Position numbers and translations under genes: made by a program. From Eledone cirrhosa (lineage: Eukaryota), in the NCBI GenBank assembly GCA_964016885.1, contig OZ024751.1:39060001-39124000 (forward strand): a stretch of 64,000 bases of DNA, given 5' to 3'. This document shows, one piece after another, positions 16,840-33,569 of this stretch. The notes under the pieces are model-generated. The model was not told where the DNA came from, searched no databases, and saw nothing but the letters and a program-made list of their open reading frames with translations. Within the stretch, counting starts at the first letter, position 1; each line of letters begins with the position of its first letter.

Positions 16840-17115
16840 TATTGTTGTTGTCGTAATCGTTCTTTTGGTGGTTATTGTCGTTGTTGTTGTTACTGTTGTT
16901 GATGTCGTTGACTGTTCTAATTCTTCTAAGAGCAGGTTGATAAATAATTACCTATAACCCCTCTCTTCCATCATCTGGTTAACTGACTGCCTCTCACCCT
17001 TCCAAATCCCTTTTACACACTCTCTCGTTCAATCACCCACTCTCTCCCTCTATCTCTACCCCCCCCCCCTCTTCTCTTTATCTATTTCGCTCTACCCGTC
17101 TTTCTCCCCTGTCAC

Positions 17116-17244
<129 letters not shown>

Positions 17245-17337
17245 TCATCTGTCGCTTCGTTTCGCTGTAATTCATCCGATATCCGCACCAGGCCACTCTC
17301 CCCTTTCTACCCATTCTTTCAATATATATATATATAT

Positions 17338-17396
<59 letters not shown>

Positions 17397-18095
17397 CACA
17401 CATATTTGTGTGTAACCCTCTCCCCAGTACCCTGATCTGACGTCACCTAGACATCATATCTGTCTATTTGTTCCCGATTTCGTTGCAGCAGTTGCTGATA
17501 TATTTATGTTGTTGTTTTACTCCATCCTTCCTTCACAATCTTTTTTTTTTCTTTAGCCATAGTGTAAATCTTTGCTATTTCTTTGTCCTGTGTCCAATAA
17601 TTTTCACTCTAATGTAGTGTCCCCTACCCTTTATCCAACAGCCAGGCAGAGCAATCATTCTTGACTGACAGTCACTGGTTAATCTCGTAGAGTCTGTCGT
17701 CCAGTAATGTCCACTACTGTCCTATATTCAACGTCCGGTGTACAACAATCATTTCTGAATGTCAGTCACTGGATAATGTCGTTGTTTATCAAATCATACG
17801 TCTCCTTTGTTGTTCAAACTTCATCGGCAACATTCTGACCATTCCAAGCAAGATATGGAAGAATGAGTTGTCATCTTTACAAAGATATGGATTTCTAAAC
17901 TTATCAGCAATAATTTATTTTCTCCGACGCCATTTCTTCTTGTTATACTTCTGCAGCATATTTCCTCAGAAGTTGCTCATGGTTGGTGGCTCTAATATAT
18001 TTTTAGGGCTGTGGATTTGCAGGAACGCTAGAGTATTGAATAAAATGCTTTGAGGAATATGTTCTGTCATTTTACATTTTTAGTTCGAATCCCCT

Positions 18096-18158
18096 TTGAT
18101 GATTTCTTTTGAATGAGACAGTTCTAGTCTTGTAGAAGCCATTCCTATATTAAACATT
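18096..18158 (+). mobile_element. Family-B element fragment (decayed hammerhead followed by ATTAAA)
   Basis: ttgatgatttc-tttt-gaatgagacagttctagtcttgtagaagc...ctatattaaacatt aligns with 40144-40205. Confidence 0.6.
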
Positions 18159-18191
18159 ATGTATATATATAATATATATATATAATATATA

Positions 18192-18225
<34 letters not shown>

Positions 18226-18229
<4 letters not shown>

Positions 18230-18430
18230 AAAAGAGTCACGACCCCCAACGGCTGAGCGCCGGCCGTTTCGACAGCTAGATTAGAACCGTTCAGATCTAG
18301 CTGTCGAAACAGCCGGAACTCAGCCGTCGGGGTCGTGACTCTTTTGCTATTACCCACTCTACTACCCTAAGTATCCAGTACTCTGGAGCGTTATGGTCCA
18401 CCTGGTTTCTTACCATACTCTCTTTATTCT
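18226..18430 (+). mobile_element. Family-A hairpin+tail element (divergent copy)
   Basis: Imperfect hairpin 18226-18350 followed by the family tail attacccactctactaccctaagtatccagtactctgg...ccacctggtttcttacca. Lies within (TA)n. Confidence 0.75.
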
Positions 18431-19822
18431 TTATATATATATAATTATATATATATGAGTGTGAGTGTATGTCTATGTGTGACTGTATTGTGTGACTATA
18501 TGTACGTGTAAGTCTGTGTCTGACTGCCTGGTCTATATCCGTGCCTCAGTGTTTGTACATTGCCGAATCGGTTTGTTCTCTCTGCTTGCAGCAGATAGTA
18601 ATATATGGTTTGTGTGAATGTAGCTACTACATCTGACAGATCAAGCATATGTTTTCTGCGTCACCGCTATAAAGTGTCAACACCCTGAGAAAAGGTCGTT
18701 TATAATTTAAAATTACGCAATTTACCTTAAATAAATATATAAAACTATTCCTATGTTCTATAGAATTCTGAAAAGAGCAATATCTTATTTGGAAAGTAGG
18801 TCCTTATTGTACGATTAGATTAAGAAAATCACCAGCACACAGCTGTTAATTCCTACTTAACAGGCAATCTACCAATCTAAGCAATGACAAGAATTTAATG
18901 ATTATGTTGTCTGTTCCAATACTTTGATTGGCTATAGTGCTTGAGTCAATGACTTTCTAAATAACTTTCGCGACTTATCTATTTGTTCTTAATATACTTA
19001 ATTTATTATTAGCGTTATTAGCGATAGTTTAAGCTGACTTATTAATGTTTTCGGCCATTTTGTCATTGGTTTCACAAGAAATAAAAATTCCGATATATCA
19101 ATAAGGAATTGTAATTTTAAGAGAACTTAACCAACAGACGACAGATGTTTGCGATGATAATATATCGTAAAACAACGAACTGGTTCTAACTTTGGTTCGA
19201 TAACAAAACACAAGCATTCATTTTAGAACATTAATTTTAATAATGTTTGTAATGTTTGGGTTATTTGTCTGGTTGGTTGGGCTTTCCACTGTGAAAGTAC
19301 TGACGTGATTTAATGGTTTTAGTTTTTGCTTCTACACTCATAAGTTCACAGGAGGAATAATCGAGTATTCGGGTCTATTTTATCGTTTAATCCCTATACG
19401 ACATCCCCAGACCTGCTGGCTTTGTGCCTATGTTAGAAACAAGTACAACAGTAGAACTAAAGGAGGTGGAAGGAGTGTGGCCTTAGAATATTGTATGAAA
19501 CACCCCAGGGTATTTCTTCCAGCTATTTAAGAACTGTGAAGAAATCTCGACTAGATCATATTTCAATTTAACTCTATTGGATCAATAGAATAAGAAATCA
19601 AAATCAATTAGGATCAATAGAATAAGGGACCTGTCAAGAATTTGGCAAGGTTTAATAGACCAAAGCCTCGTAGTGTAACTGTGTCTGAATTTATTATTAC
19701 AATACAACTAATTAACATACTTTTACCAGAAGCCTATTTACCTTACCACCCCTGTTCCTACTGTAACGGCCACTACCGCTGTATCTATTGTTGCCATTAA
19801 CTACTACTACTACTACTACTAT

Positions 19823-19861
<39 letters not shown>

Positions 19862-19862
19862 A

Positions 19863-19899
<37 letters not shown>

Positions 19900-20454
19900 T
19901 CACTACTACTGCAAGTAATGAAGACAACTAATGTTTATTTAGCTATATATTTTTATATATATTTACTCAATTTATTAAATTTGTTTACTTGCATTTCAAA
20001 CATTTTTTTATACATAAAATACAAGTTTTTTTATAACTTAAAATATATTTTCCCATCATCAAATAATAACAAATAACAAAACATTCTTTATACAAACTAA
20101 TTCAATCAGTATGGAAAATATTTAAAAAGATTGTTAAGATGAAAGTCATATTTCAGGCATTGTTTTTCGCCTAGCGCAGTCCGTCTAGCGAACCGTCATT
20201 TACATTCAGATTCTAAGTCCTGGCTACTTGCAAGTCAATTGTATTCAAAAGAAACAACAGTGGATTTCCTATCATTGAACTTATAATTGAACAATAGGCC
20301 ATCTTTTTAGTATTTATTTTTCAACGGCAGTTTATGATGGTGTCATAAGGATGCGGACAAAAAAACCCGAAACAATACAAAACTCAAATAAACATACTCA
20401 AATATGTATATGTGTGTGGTATGTTCGGACGTATGAACGTATGTGTGTATATAC

Positions 20455-20549
<95 letters not shown>

Positions 20550-20599
20550 TCACATATATATATATTTGAGTTTATATATATGTTTATATGCGCGTGTGT

Positions 20600-20630
<31 letters not shown>

Positions 20631-21284
20631 GGTGTGTGTGTATATACATATATATATATATGGGACAACAAAGATAGAGTATTGTTGCACATTATGGCAC
20701 ATACATACACACATACAAAATCACACACACATGACATATACAAACACACACATTCCTGCAAAACACGGTTTCGGAAAAATAATAAAACACAACTTCCTTG
20801 ATAAAACAAACAGAATAAGCCAATCACCCCTACCCCACCTTCTATACACCCCACAATAAAAAAACAACAATCACAAACCACAACCAACAACAAAGACATT
20901 AAAAGAACAACGAGAATGCCAATAATACAAGACTTAACATTTCTGATAAACATTAACGTTAAAATAAGAAGAGAGAAAAATATATATATATAATGTATTT
21001 TTACAAATATTCTTTTCAACAAATCAGGAAGTTTATAAGTTTTAATATTGATGTGGTGTATATATTAAGGAAGAAAAGAAAATGTAGGCGATCGAGAATG
21101 AAAGGAAATAATAATAATAATAATGATAATAATAATAATGATAATAACACTAATAATGATGATGATGATGATGATGATGATGATAATGATAAAGGCTAAG
21201 AAAAGATTCAGGGATAGCGAAAGGGAGAGATTGAGAAAGATAGGTAGATTATTATATATATATATATATATAGACACACATATT

Positions 21285-21378
<94 letters not shown>

Positions 21379-21388
21379 TATATACACG

Positions 21389-21509
<121 letters not shown>

Positions 21510-21541
21510 GCATATATATATATATGTATACACATATATAC

Positions 21542-21832
<291 letters not shown>

Positions 21833-21880
21833 TATATATATATTTATATATATATATATATTTATATATACTTATGTATT

Positions 21881-21956
<76 letters not shown>

Positions 21957-22004
21957 TATATATATATTTATATATATATATATATTTATATATACTTATG
22001 TATT

Positions 22005-22049
<45 letters not shown>

Positions 22050-22684
22050 GACAACATGAAGAATATAAAAGATAGGAATAATGTTAATGGCTGAAATAAA
22101 TGAAGAAGGGGAAAATTGCCTGAAATATAACGACTTGAGCGGCCTTAATATTATTTCTTCTAATGTTATAGCCACGCTTGATAAGGATTTTATGAAGAGC
22201 AGCCATAATAATAACAATAAGTAGAAACAATTACGGCACCAACAGTAATAACAACAACAACAGCTGCAACAACAACAATAAACACACATACAGCAAGAGA
22301 AGTAGCGACAAAAACAACAGCAGCAACAATAACAACACCAGCTACAATAGCAGCAAAAACAACACCAGATATACTAGTAATAACATCAATAAATTTTGAA
22401 AGAAAAATCCAGTGTAGATGTTGATTATAAAGATGATGATGATGATGATGATGGCAGTGATGTGGATGATGGTGATGATAATGATGGTGATGGAGCTGAT
22501 GATGATCATGATGATGATAACGATGATGATGTTGATGATGATAATGTGGACTATGATGCTAATAGCATTAGGAAATCGGGCAAAGACCCCTTAGTGCCAG
22601 AAATATGTGGCCTGCAAACATCGGTAGTGGCCTTGTGCCTACATTAGAAATCATAGCCATCACATTCATCATTATTATCATTGT

Positions 22685-22870
22685 TGGATTGGCAGTATCG
22701 GTAGGGGGTCAGGCACCATGCTTTACAGCATAAAGTTACGGCCCTTTACGGCCTGAGTTCAAATCCCGCCGAGGTTAACTTTGCCTTTCATCCTTACGGG
22801 GTCGATAAAATAAAGTACCAGTAATGTACTGGGTAATTGCTGGCCTTGTGCCAAAACTAGAAACAATTAT
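22685..22870 (+). mobile_element. tRNA-derived SINE, family 1
   Basis: Full consensus match with (ATT)n tail. Confidence 0.9.
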
Positions 22871-23399
22871 TATTATTGTTATTATCATTATTATTAATAT
22901 TATTATTATCATAATATTTCGTCTCCTTGAGAGAGAATATAAGTTCAAAGAACCGAGTTATATTTAAAATACTGTCGCCTTTCATCAAAGTCCGTTCGTA
23001 GGAACGTGTATACCATGAAAAATGGCGCTCGCTTAACTAGCTTTGTTGTTACTTCTTGAACTATTTTTGTAGAAAGGTTACAATCCTGTTAGTCTAGATG
23101 ATTTCTCTGAGAAAGTAAATGATCAAAACACAAAAATAGGGCCCGCTTTCTATAAAAATATGACAGGCATTTATATTAATTCTTTATGACTTGTAAACGA
23201 TGGGAAATTTTCACAGCGTCCATTACAGTCTGATCTATTCGTGTCGGGAAATACTTTACAGTGACTGACGTCAATCAAGTTCTATAGATTGTCAGATAAC
23301 TGCACAATATTTAGCAGTCGAATCACATGATCCACTACTAAATTAAAAGGTCGTATGTATGTGTTGTAGGTTGTGTCTTGTATGTCATGTTTTACGTGT

Positions 23400-23950
23400 T
23401 GAAACTCCGTCCGTTGCGACTGTTGCTCTTCCAATTGATTGCCCTAAACAGCAGTCTGCTCCTGTAATTAAAGTGGAAATAGCTAAGCAATCCACTGACA
23501 CGTGTACACCTAACGTATTATGAGATTCTGACACATTATGAATGCGAATCAAGCTCTTTACAAAGCCAAGCATTCACCTGAGCAGCACCAAAAACAACAT
23601 CAATACCAGCAATAACAACGACAAAGACCACAACAACAGCAAATGGTTGACAACCCAGACTCTTTGAAACACAGGTACAGCCAATCCTTCAGTAGAGTGC
23701 AAGTGTCTGAGCATTCCACAAGAACATGTGTACATTTAACGTAGTTCTTTGATAGGTTACGCATGCCAAGGAGTGCTGCAAGGCTGGCCATTTGAATTAC
23801 AGGCCCAATTCATTCTTTTTCCAGGTAGATGTAATGGAACAGCGTAAAATAGAATGTCTTGTTCAAGAAAACAACACACAACCGGGGTGAGAATCGAACT
23901 CATTAGTTTGCGATCGTGAACTGTGTAGACTAACCACTAAGCCAGGCCTC
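23400..23950 (-). mobile_element. Older tRNA-derived SINE, family 2 (two degenerate tandem segments)
   Basis: Minus strand has A box tggcttagtggttag (23930-23944), B box gagttcgattctc and cttgaacaagaca. Body motif ccacNgacacgtgtacNNttaacgtag appears twice (~23492 and ~23716) and again near 59850. Confidence 0.65.
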
Positions 23951-24394
23951 GTCATTGGTATAATGTATATCTCCAATGACAGAGTAGGTCTGAAGTACGT
24001 CGCTATATTTCGGACTAACAGCTTACACACTCCTTAACAACTAAGCCACTTGCCTTCGCTACAATGTTATATCGATTGTCAGGAAACTTCATACACATTA
24101 CCAGTCTAGTCACATGGCTTTCAATCAAATTAAAGAGACTTACGTATACCACCAGAGGAGATTATAGTTCGCATTAGTCTTCTTCAGTCACTGGACAATT
24201 GCTACGGTAGTCCATCATAGCATCTGCGTGAGACGATTTGATTCCACCATTCGTAATCCTAATGGTACCACTAAATCGTAATATCGTCAAAGCTGATAAT
24301 AGATAAAAGTAATTCTTGTAGATTTTAAAGCAAATTGCCACTGCTTCTACCCCCATTAAGAACAGTAGCATGATGAAGATATGTTATATACTAG

Positions 24395-24444
24395 ATCCGA
24401 AAAATGAAGAATCCGAAAAATGAAGAATCCGAAAAATGAAGAAT
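24395..24444. repeat. 16-bp tandem repeat x3 (atccgaaaaatgaaga)
   Basis: Read directly. Confidence 0.85.
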
Positions 24445-24696
24445 ATATAAAAGTAAGCATTTACAATAATATATATATATATGTAATAGTAAATTTAATC
24501 TTTGATAATTGATAGCATAGCTGAATCCGGAATCCAACGATGTAATATACTTAAGCAAATCCATAAGGAAGTAGAAAGTTGATAAAATCATAAAGATTTA
24601 GAAGCTTGATATTTACAATATCACTTTAAAAAACTTTAAAATATGATGCTATATCTCTGTTGATATAACTACACACACACACACACACACAACACA

Positions 24697-24746
<50 letters not shown>

Positions 24747-24852
24747 TATTATATACATGTTATTTCAAGCGTTAAACTAATATATTTCTTCCTTGTACTG
24801 TACCATTTGTGTTGTCACTTCTGTTTACCTTTTAGATACAAACATAGTTGTA

Positions 24853-24921
<69 letters not shown>

Positions 24922-24950
24922 TTATATATATATGTGTGTGTGTATATATC

Positions 24951-25113
<163 letters not shown>

Positions 25114-26660
25114 TATATATATATATATATGCACATATATACAGAATATATATATATATAAAAGTAAATGTGTGTTGTGTGTGTATTTATACACATATTT
25201 TTGGTGTGATTAATACCTAGATATATGATTATAAATTTGTGAGGTCACATGGATTGAAATATTCACGAATAATGAACTGGAATATTAATTAATAATTTGG
25301 AGGAATTTAGTAATATAATTAACTTTCTCGTTAATACGCTGTTATTTGTAACATAATTTAACATAGATTCCTACATAAAATTATGATGGATGTGATGTTG
25401 ATAAATATAAGCATTTTATAACAATCAGCTTTAAATTATAGAACCCTGGGTGGTTGCAGGCAGTTTAGGATCTAGTTATGTTTATTGTTGGATTTGTTTA
25501 CGATATGGACTTTATAATCTTCCTCTATCAGTGTTTTCAAAATATATAAATAAATAAATGTTCAGTTAAATATAAATCCTATAAACAAAACCCTCACCAA
25601 TAAATCTGTTTTCATGTGCACTTCTTACTGACATGCACATTTTTATATCTTTTCAAAAGAACAAAATAGTGTTTGTTGGCCAGATAATAAAAAATACAAG
25701 TTTTTTAATTGTTCATATTAATGGAGGTTATATCTCTCGTTCTTTTGTAAATGAAATAACGGGTCTTTTTATTTATTTACTATTATTTGACATCCAATAA
25801 TAAATTGTTGGGAATGCCACAGATGTTGGTATAAAAGACGTACAAGAACTTTGAATGTTTGTCATTTGGCCATTTTTATAGTTCTTTGTTCAAAGAAGTA
25901 CTTAATTTAGCGAACTCGAAAGGATGGGAGTCAAAGTTGGCCTCGGCGGGATTTATCCAACGCTGCTGTCAATTCGCCGCCTTCAACCTTATTTGATATT
26001 GGTGGATATCAATCTTTTAGAAAACGTAGTTAAACGTACTGAATAGTTTTCCAAGTCAAGACATACTTTAAATTTTGTATGTTCAAATAATCAACGGTAT
26101 TGTTTCTCGTTTCACCCCAACACTATACCCGATAAAGTCTGCAGTATTTCTTTATCGGGCTCTATCCCTTCGACACAGCTCCCTATAAAAGGTTGTGGCA
26201 TGCTAAAATAAAAATAAGAATCATAATGTAAAAGACTATATTGTAAACAAAATTATATTGACTTCAAATTAAACAATTTCTAGGCATTCTTCTTCAATCA
26301 TCTATTTCAATACGTTTGAGAAGTTCTAGAATAGTCTAGCTGTATGTTACTTTACTCTCAGTTATTGATTCTCTCTTTCACTATTTCTCCCTCTCTAACT
26401 CTCTTTCTCTCTCACCCCTCCTGTATGTGTCTCTTATCGTATCTTCTTTCCCTTTGTCTTAATATTTTGATTGCATTAATATATGCGCACATAAAGTAAT
26501 CGCTAATTTCTAATGATACAAGCATAAATATGAATGTATTCATGCATATATATCGTCTAAACATGAATACACACACACATCCATACCCATTTGCCTGTGT
26601 ATATGTATATATATATGTATGTGTATATATACATATATATTATACATATAGATATATATT

Positions 26661-26692
<32 letters not shown>

Positions 26693-27335
26693 GTATATAT
26701 ATATGAGATAGAGTGTGTGAGAGATGGAGAGAGAGAGTGAAACATAGAGGGAGAGAGAATGCATATATTGTAATCGATAGTTTAGATAGCTTGATGCAAA
26801 TATATTAATATATTCATATGATATATACATTTATATATCTGTATGAATATGCTTGTATCTCTTACCATCAAACCTCACTCCTCTTCCTTAACCCACCAGC
26901 GTCTATCTCATCATTTTATTATCATATATTTGTGTGTTTTTATTTCCCCACCTCCATTGTTTGGAAACTGATACATTTAAACTTCAGAAGAATTATAGAA
27001 GAGCTGTGGTAGTTATTTGACGACAAACTAAGTTCGTTTGCTGTCCTATCAAAGTTTCTTCTGACAGAACTGTGTACACTAGTATCAACTGCATGACGCC
27101 ATTTCTTTCAGTTCACAGCAACAGAGAAGATAAGAAAGAAATGAAGGATAGATAGAAGAAATGAAGGATAGATAGAAGTCAAGAAGGGGGGGGGGATAAA
27201 GAAAGAAAATAAAAAAGAAGAAAATAAGAGAAAACAGAGAATTAAAACTAGAAGAGAAAAAGAGAGACAAGAATTACAACTAGACGTTCACACTGTCATA
27301 TTGAAAGAGAAAAATAAAGAAAAAATGTAAGGTTG

Positions 27336-27377
27336 ATAGATTGATAGAAGGTAGATAGATAGCTAGACAGATAGATT

Positions 27378-27472
<95 letters not shown>

Positions 27473-27473
27473 C

Positions 27474-27535
<62 letters not shown>
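27336..27535. repeat. (GATA)n microsatellite
   Basis: Read directly; another tract at 60339-60435. Confidence 0.95.
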
Positions 27536-27555
27536 GAGGGATAGCTAGCTAGATA

Positions 27556-27593
<38 letters not shown>

Positions 27594-27879
27594 AGAGGGA
27601 GGGGGAGATAGAAATAACAGACAGAAATAAAGAAATCAGAAAAATATAAATAACACCAACAAAAATAATAGCAGAAATAAACTACAACAACTGCAACAAC
27701 AAATAGACGACATTCGCACAGAACGAGAGACATTTGAAGGATTGCTACAAGTTCGAAGGGCCAGAAAAGAGAACGCTGAAAACACCCCTGTGTCCATGGG
27801 TGACATGTTGCAGTAATCAAATCCAAACAAGTCTCACATCAAATACAAAGTACTCTCCTTTCTCTCAGAAGCAATCAAA

Positions 27880-27910
<31 letters not shown>

Positions 27911-27955
27911 CTTCTTCTTCTTCTTCTTCTTCTTCTTCTTCTTCTTCTTCTTCTT

Positions 27956-27988
<33 letters not shown>

Positions 27989-28423
27989 TTGCAATCTGCC
28001 TGACTGTCTGCGTGAAGCGGATGCAATGGAAAGACGCGGTGATGTTTCCTCCATTTTAATTCTTTAACGACGACATTTAAATAGAAAGAAAAAAAGTTAT
28101 TTTTTGTGTGTGCTGTGTCAGATAACTTTCAGCATAATAGCGGAATTGAAGGATAGAAGAGAAGAGAGGAAGGGGTGAGAGTAAGTGAGAGGTGTAAGGA
28201 AGGGGAGGAAGGGGGAATAAGGAAGGAATGTCATGGTTAGTCTCTAAGACCACAAATGGATGTCGTAAGAGTTGAAGAATTGATTGTGTAATGGTGAGTA
28301 TGGTGTATAATTTGAACTGACGAACAAAATATCTAGTGCTATATTGTTGAGAAATCAGGTTCTTTACCACATTGACGTAGGTTCGATTCACGCTCCCTAG
28401 ACGTGGGTTATGTTTATATATAT

Positions 28424-28612
28424 AACGAAGGAGTTGTTGTAAGGAACCAGGTGAACCATAACGCACCAGAGTACTCAATACTTAGGGCAGTAGAGTGGGT
28501 AATAGGAGAAAGTATGACCCCGAAGGCAGAGCTTAAGCCGTTTCGACGGCTATTTCCAGAAATAGCCGTCGAAACGGCTTGAACTCTGCCGTCGGGATCA
28601 TACTTTCTCATA
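28424..28612 (-). mobile_element. Family-A hairpin+tail element
   Basis: Family tail 28424-28501 plus hairpin 28502-28612 with a short ccag loop. TA flanks. Confidence 0.75.
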
Positions 28613-28627
28613 TATATATATATATAT

Positions 28628-28714
<87 letters not shown>

Positions 28715-29068
28715 ATTATCATATATATATACATATATATTCAACTGACAATGTTATGGTAAATATGATATGGTTAAGCTGATACTTAGCTATATCAAAT
28801 ACGGAACCTTCTGCTTTGGACAGAAACTTATTAAATATTAGGTCATGTAGATATGTAGTAGAAATACGAAAACATATCAAGAGGCCTGCAACACTAACAT
28901 CAACAACAACTACCGCAGCATCTGTATCAACGATGAAGAAGAGAAGATAAGAACGGAAACAATAACGATATAAACTACACAAACATTGGTGACAATATCA
29001 ACAACACCAGAAACAACTACAGAAGCAACTACAACACCTCCAACAACAACATCAACAACAATCAGAGA

Positions 29069-29121
29069 AATAATTGTTTCTACTTTAGGCACAAGGCCAG
29101 CAATTACCCAGAGCATTACTG
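29069..29121 (-). mobile_element. SINE family 1, 3'-end fragment
   Basis: aataattgtttctactttaggcacaaggccagcaattacccagagcattactg is the reverse complement of the SINE 3' end. Confidence 0.8.
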
Positions 29122-29168
29122 AAATAAAATTAACAATTATCTGTGTAGCAATTCTGCATTCTAATTAA

Positions 29169-29362
29169 CGGTTGGATTGGCAGTATCGGTAGAGGGTCGG
29201 ATGCCATGCTTTGACGTATAGAGTTACGGCCCTTGCCATTCTGAGTTCAAATCCCGCCGAGGTTAACTTTGCCTTTCATCCTTACGGGGGTCGATAAAAT
29301 AAAGTACCAGTAATGCACTGGGACAATTGTTGGCCTTGTGCAAAAAGTAGAAACAATTATTA
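29169..29362 (+). mobile_element. tRNA-derived SINE, family 1
   Basis: Full consensus match. Confidence 0.9.
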
Positions 29363-29567
29363 TCAAAAATACAGAGAACATCAAGAATGGAATATAGTTT
29401 TCTTCAGCTACAGAATAATAAATCTTAACTTCTTTGGCGGGATATTTTGGGTCTTGAGAAGACCATCTTCTTTTACTTTACTTTTCCTTCCGTCTACCTT
29501 CTCTCGTTTGTGCAGTTTCATCATAATCTATCGAAAGCGAAAGCGTCAATAGTGCGTGGTCTTACGA

Positions 29568-29626
<59 letters not shown>

Positions 29627-29710
29627 GAAAACGAGGAGAAAGAGGCGACTATTAGGAAGACAAATATAATTTTTCCCTTATATATATATATATATATATG
29701 TGTGTGTATA

Positions 29711-29799
<89 letters not shown>

Positions 29800-29803
29800 A
29801 TAT

Positions 29804-29940
<137 letters not shown>

Positions 29941-29992
29941 AATTAGTATATCTACCAACATATATATACAGATGCATACCTTATTTTACGTC

Positions 29993-30033
<41 letters not shown>

Positions 30034-30209
30034 TATATATCTACATTGACAAGCCCACACACATATAATTCATATTTATTTATTTTAATACGTATCATAA
30101 CCATTGATTCATCCAGCCTATATTTTTCCTTAATGTATTTAGTTATAGCTATTCTAAATACTTACACATACTGTATATACATATACATGCATATATATAT
30201 GTATATATA

Positions 30210-30303
<94 letters not shown>

Positions 30304-30865
30304 GTGTATGTCTACACGTGTCTGTATATGTCTATGTCTGTCTGTGCTTGTCTGTGTGTGTGTATATGTGTATATTATTTTTCTCCCATGCTCCTACTGA
30401 ATTTACTCTGGACATGAGAGATAGAACAAAAATGTTTATCTTACAGAATCACACGCAAACCTTTACTACAGTTATAAGTTTTCTCTGACAGTTTTACGAC
30501 AACTAATTTCCGTTTTTTTAATATCAGCTATTTTCCTTTTCCTTTTCCTTTTTTGTGTTTTCTTCCCCTTTCTTTTTTGTTTTGTTTTGTATTATCTGTT
30601 GAATTTTTGTTTCGTTTATTCTTGATTTATTTTTTTATTCTCTTAATTTCTTGTTTCATATTTTCTTATAACATGAATCACGCATATTTCTCTCATATTA
30701 AAATCTCCATAAATGCATGTATATATGTGAGGGCATGTATATATATATATATATATGCATATGTATATGTATATATATATATAAATATACATATATATAT
30801 ATATATATATGCATATGTATATGTATATATATATATAAATATACATATATATATATATGCATATA

Positions 30866-30896
<31 letters not shown>

Positions 30897-31411
30897 GCAT
30901 ATGTATATGTATATATATGTATATAAATATATATATCTATATATATATAAATATACATATATATATGTATGCGTATGTATATATATATATTTGTATATAA
31001 ATACATATAGATATGTGTGTATCTGTGTGTGTGTGTGTGAGGGCATGTATACATAAGTATATATATATATTTATATATATACAAAATTAAACGTGTATAT
31101 TGCGAGAAGGAACTAAAAGAAGATAAAGAAAAAGAGGGAAGATACGAAGAAAGAATACCAGGAATGAGAGAGAAAGGAAGAAAGGTTTGCTAAAGAAATA
31201 TATGGAGAAACAAATCTATATATATAGACATTTATAAACATTCAATTCTGTCTGTTATCTGTGTGTAGCGCTATGTATTTCCATATTATAGCAATAATTT
31301 TACGATTGCTTCATACATATTCATTTGTATATGTAAACATATATGTAAATATATGTATTTGTATACACACACACTCGCCTATTAATATATATATATATAC
31401 ACGCACACACA

Positions 31412-31532
<121 letters not shown>

Positions 31533-32302
31533 GTATATACAGAGATGTTACTATAATAATGACGCTGAACCAATGTTTACTATGTAGAGAATTCAATCTT
31601 TAATAAGTAAATTTTAAATGGGGTCACTTAGGTTAATAACGTAAGAAATTTATGTAAAGATTGATCTGCGTATTCCACATTTTAATCTCATTAAGTTGTA
31701 TAATTAATGATTATATGTGTAGAGTACAAGAGGGTGGAACTGGGAAGAATTCTCATTCATGAAATATTTCTGTTTCTGTGCTGTGTTTAGCTCCCGAATT
31801 TCGATTTAATATTGGTCTTGTTATGTATTATATAACTGGTATTTCTTTACAGTTCATTCTTATATTGTTTTGTCAGGGAGAGAAAAGCCATTTCCAAGAA
31901 GCACTTCTGAGCCTCAAAATACGATGTGGTAGAAGAAGGGAGCGAGAGAAATAAAAGGGTCTCGTTAAACTGGGGACATGATCCTTACGAAAGCAATAAG
32001 GACATGTTTCACTCGGCTGTTCAATAACCGATGTTGCTCCAAACATAAACAGAGCTTTTGAGCAATTATAGAGGGCTTGTGATGTCAATATATGATTCTC
32101 AACTGTACAATGCTTGGTCAACATTTCTACAAGATTGTCAGAGAGCTAAGATTCCCCGAGTCAATATATCATAATGTATTTATATATCATCATAATATAT
32201 AACTGGTAATATCATAATTTGGTCTGAATTGCTGGAATGTTAATTTTTTTAAAGTGATTAAATATAATAAAGTGTTAGAATTTGGAACGTTGTATGGCTA
32301 CC

Positions 32303-32447
32303 TTGCGGTATTGGTAACTTTTCAATACTGCCTACATATATTCACCATAGTCTATCTCTTTCTCTCTCTCTCTCTTTTGCGGTATTGGTAACTTTTCAAT
32401 GCTGCCTACATATATTCACCATAGTCTATCTCTTTCTCTCTCTCTCT
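32303..32447. repeat. ~74-bp tandem duplication ending in (CT)n
   Basis: ttgcggtattggtaacttttcaat... starts at 32303 and 32377; one substitution. Confidence 0.85.
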
Positions 32448-32470
32448 ATATATATATATAAATATATATA

Positions 32471-32507
<37 letters not shown>

Positions 32508-32607
32508 GCGTGATTGTATGCGTCTTTCTATAGATGTACGTGAGTGTTGGTGTGTGTGTGTATTCGTGTATGTGTGTTTACACACACACATACACATACA
32601 CACACTC

Positions 32608-32643
<36 letters not shown>

Positions 32644-33156
32644 GCATATATATATATACATACATACATATATACATACATACATATATATATATATATG
32701 TATGTATGTATATATATATGTGTGTATGTATATATGTATGTATAATGCGTGTTAACACAGGAAAATTATTAGAATGAACCGTTTTGAGTAACAGTTCAAA
32801 ATATTCATATTTCACTGAAAATCATAATGTTATACTATCTACTTATATCGATATATATTGAATAATGTGTGGTGGTATATAGTTGTATATTGCTGTATAT
32901 TGCTGTATATTGCTGTTTATTCATGTTTCACTTTAATTTCGGTGTTTTTTTGCAACATAACACTTATAATAAAGAAAACCTTTACCATACCAGTTAACAT
33001 TTTTCATTTAACTTGGCATATGTCAGCTGTCTTGTCAGACAGACAAATTTTCCCTTGCTCCCAATATATTTCTCTATCTCTGTGTATCTCCTTCTCTATC
33101 TCTGTGTATACACACACACACATATATATATATGTACTACAATAAAACTCACCTCC

Positions 33157-33223
<67 letters not shown>

Positions 33224-33329
33224 CCAACAAAATTAATATACATATATCTATATATATATACGTATATGTGTGTACTAATATACATACATACATATATATA
33301 TATATGTATGTATGTATACATACATATCA

Positions 33330-33360
<31 letters not shown>

Positions 33361-33382
33361 CGTACATATATATAAATATATG

Positions 33383-33475
<93 letters not shown>

Positions 33476-33519
33476 TTATATATATGTATATATATATTAT
33501 ATATGAATTTATATATGCA

Positions 33520-33569
<50 letters not shown>

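Noticed and set aside
22685-22770. tRNA gene (A and B boxes)
   Set aside because: The boxes belong to the SINE head; no cloverleaf, and it is followed by the SINE core and tail.
31881-31960. Acceptor-like gttttgtcag followed by an EKPF motif (possible zinc-finger exon)
   Set aside because: All three frames stop within about 25 codons and no C2H2 follows.
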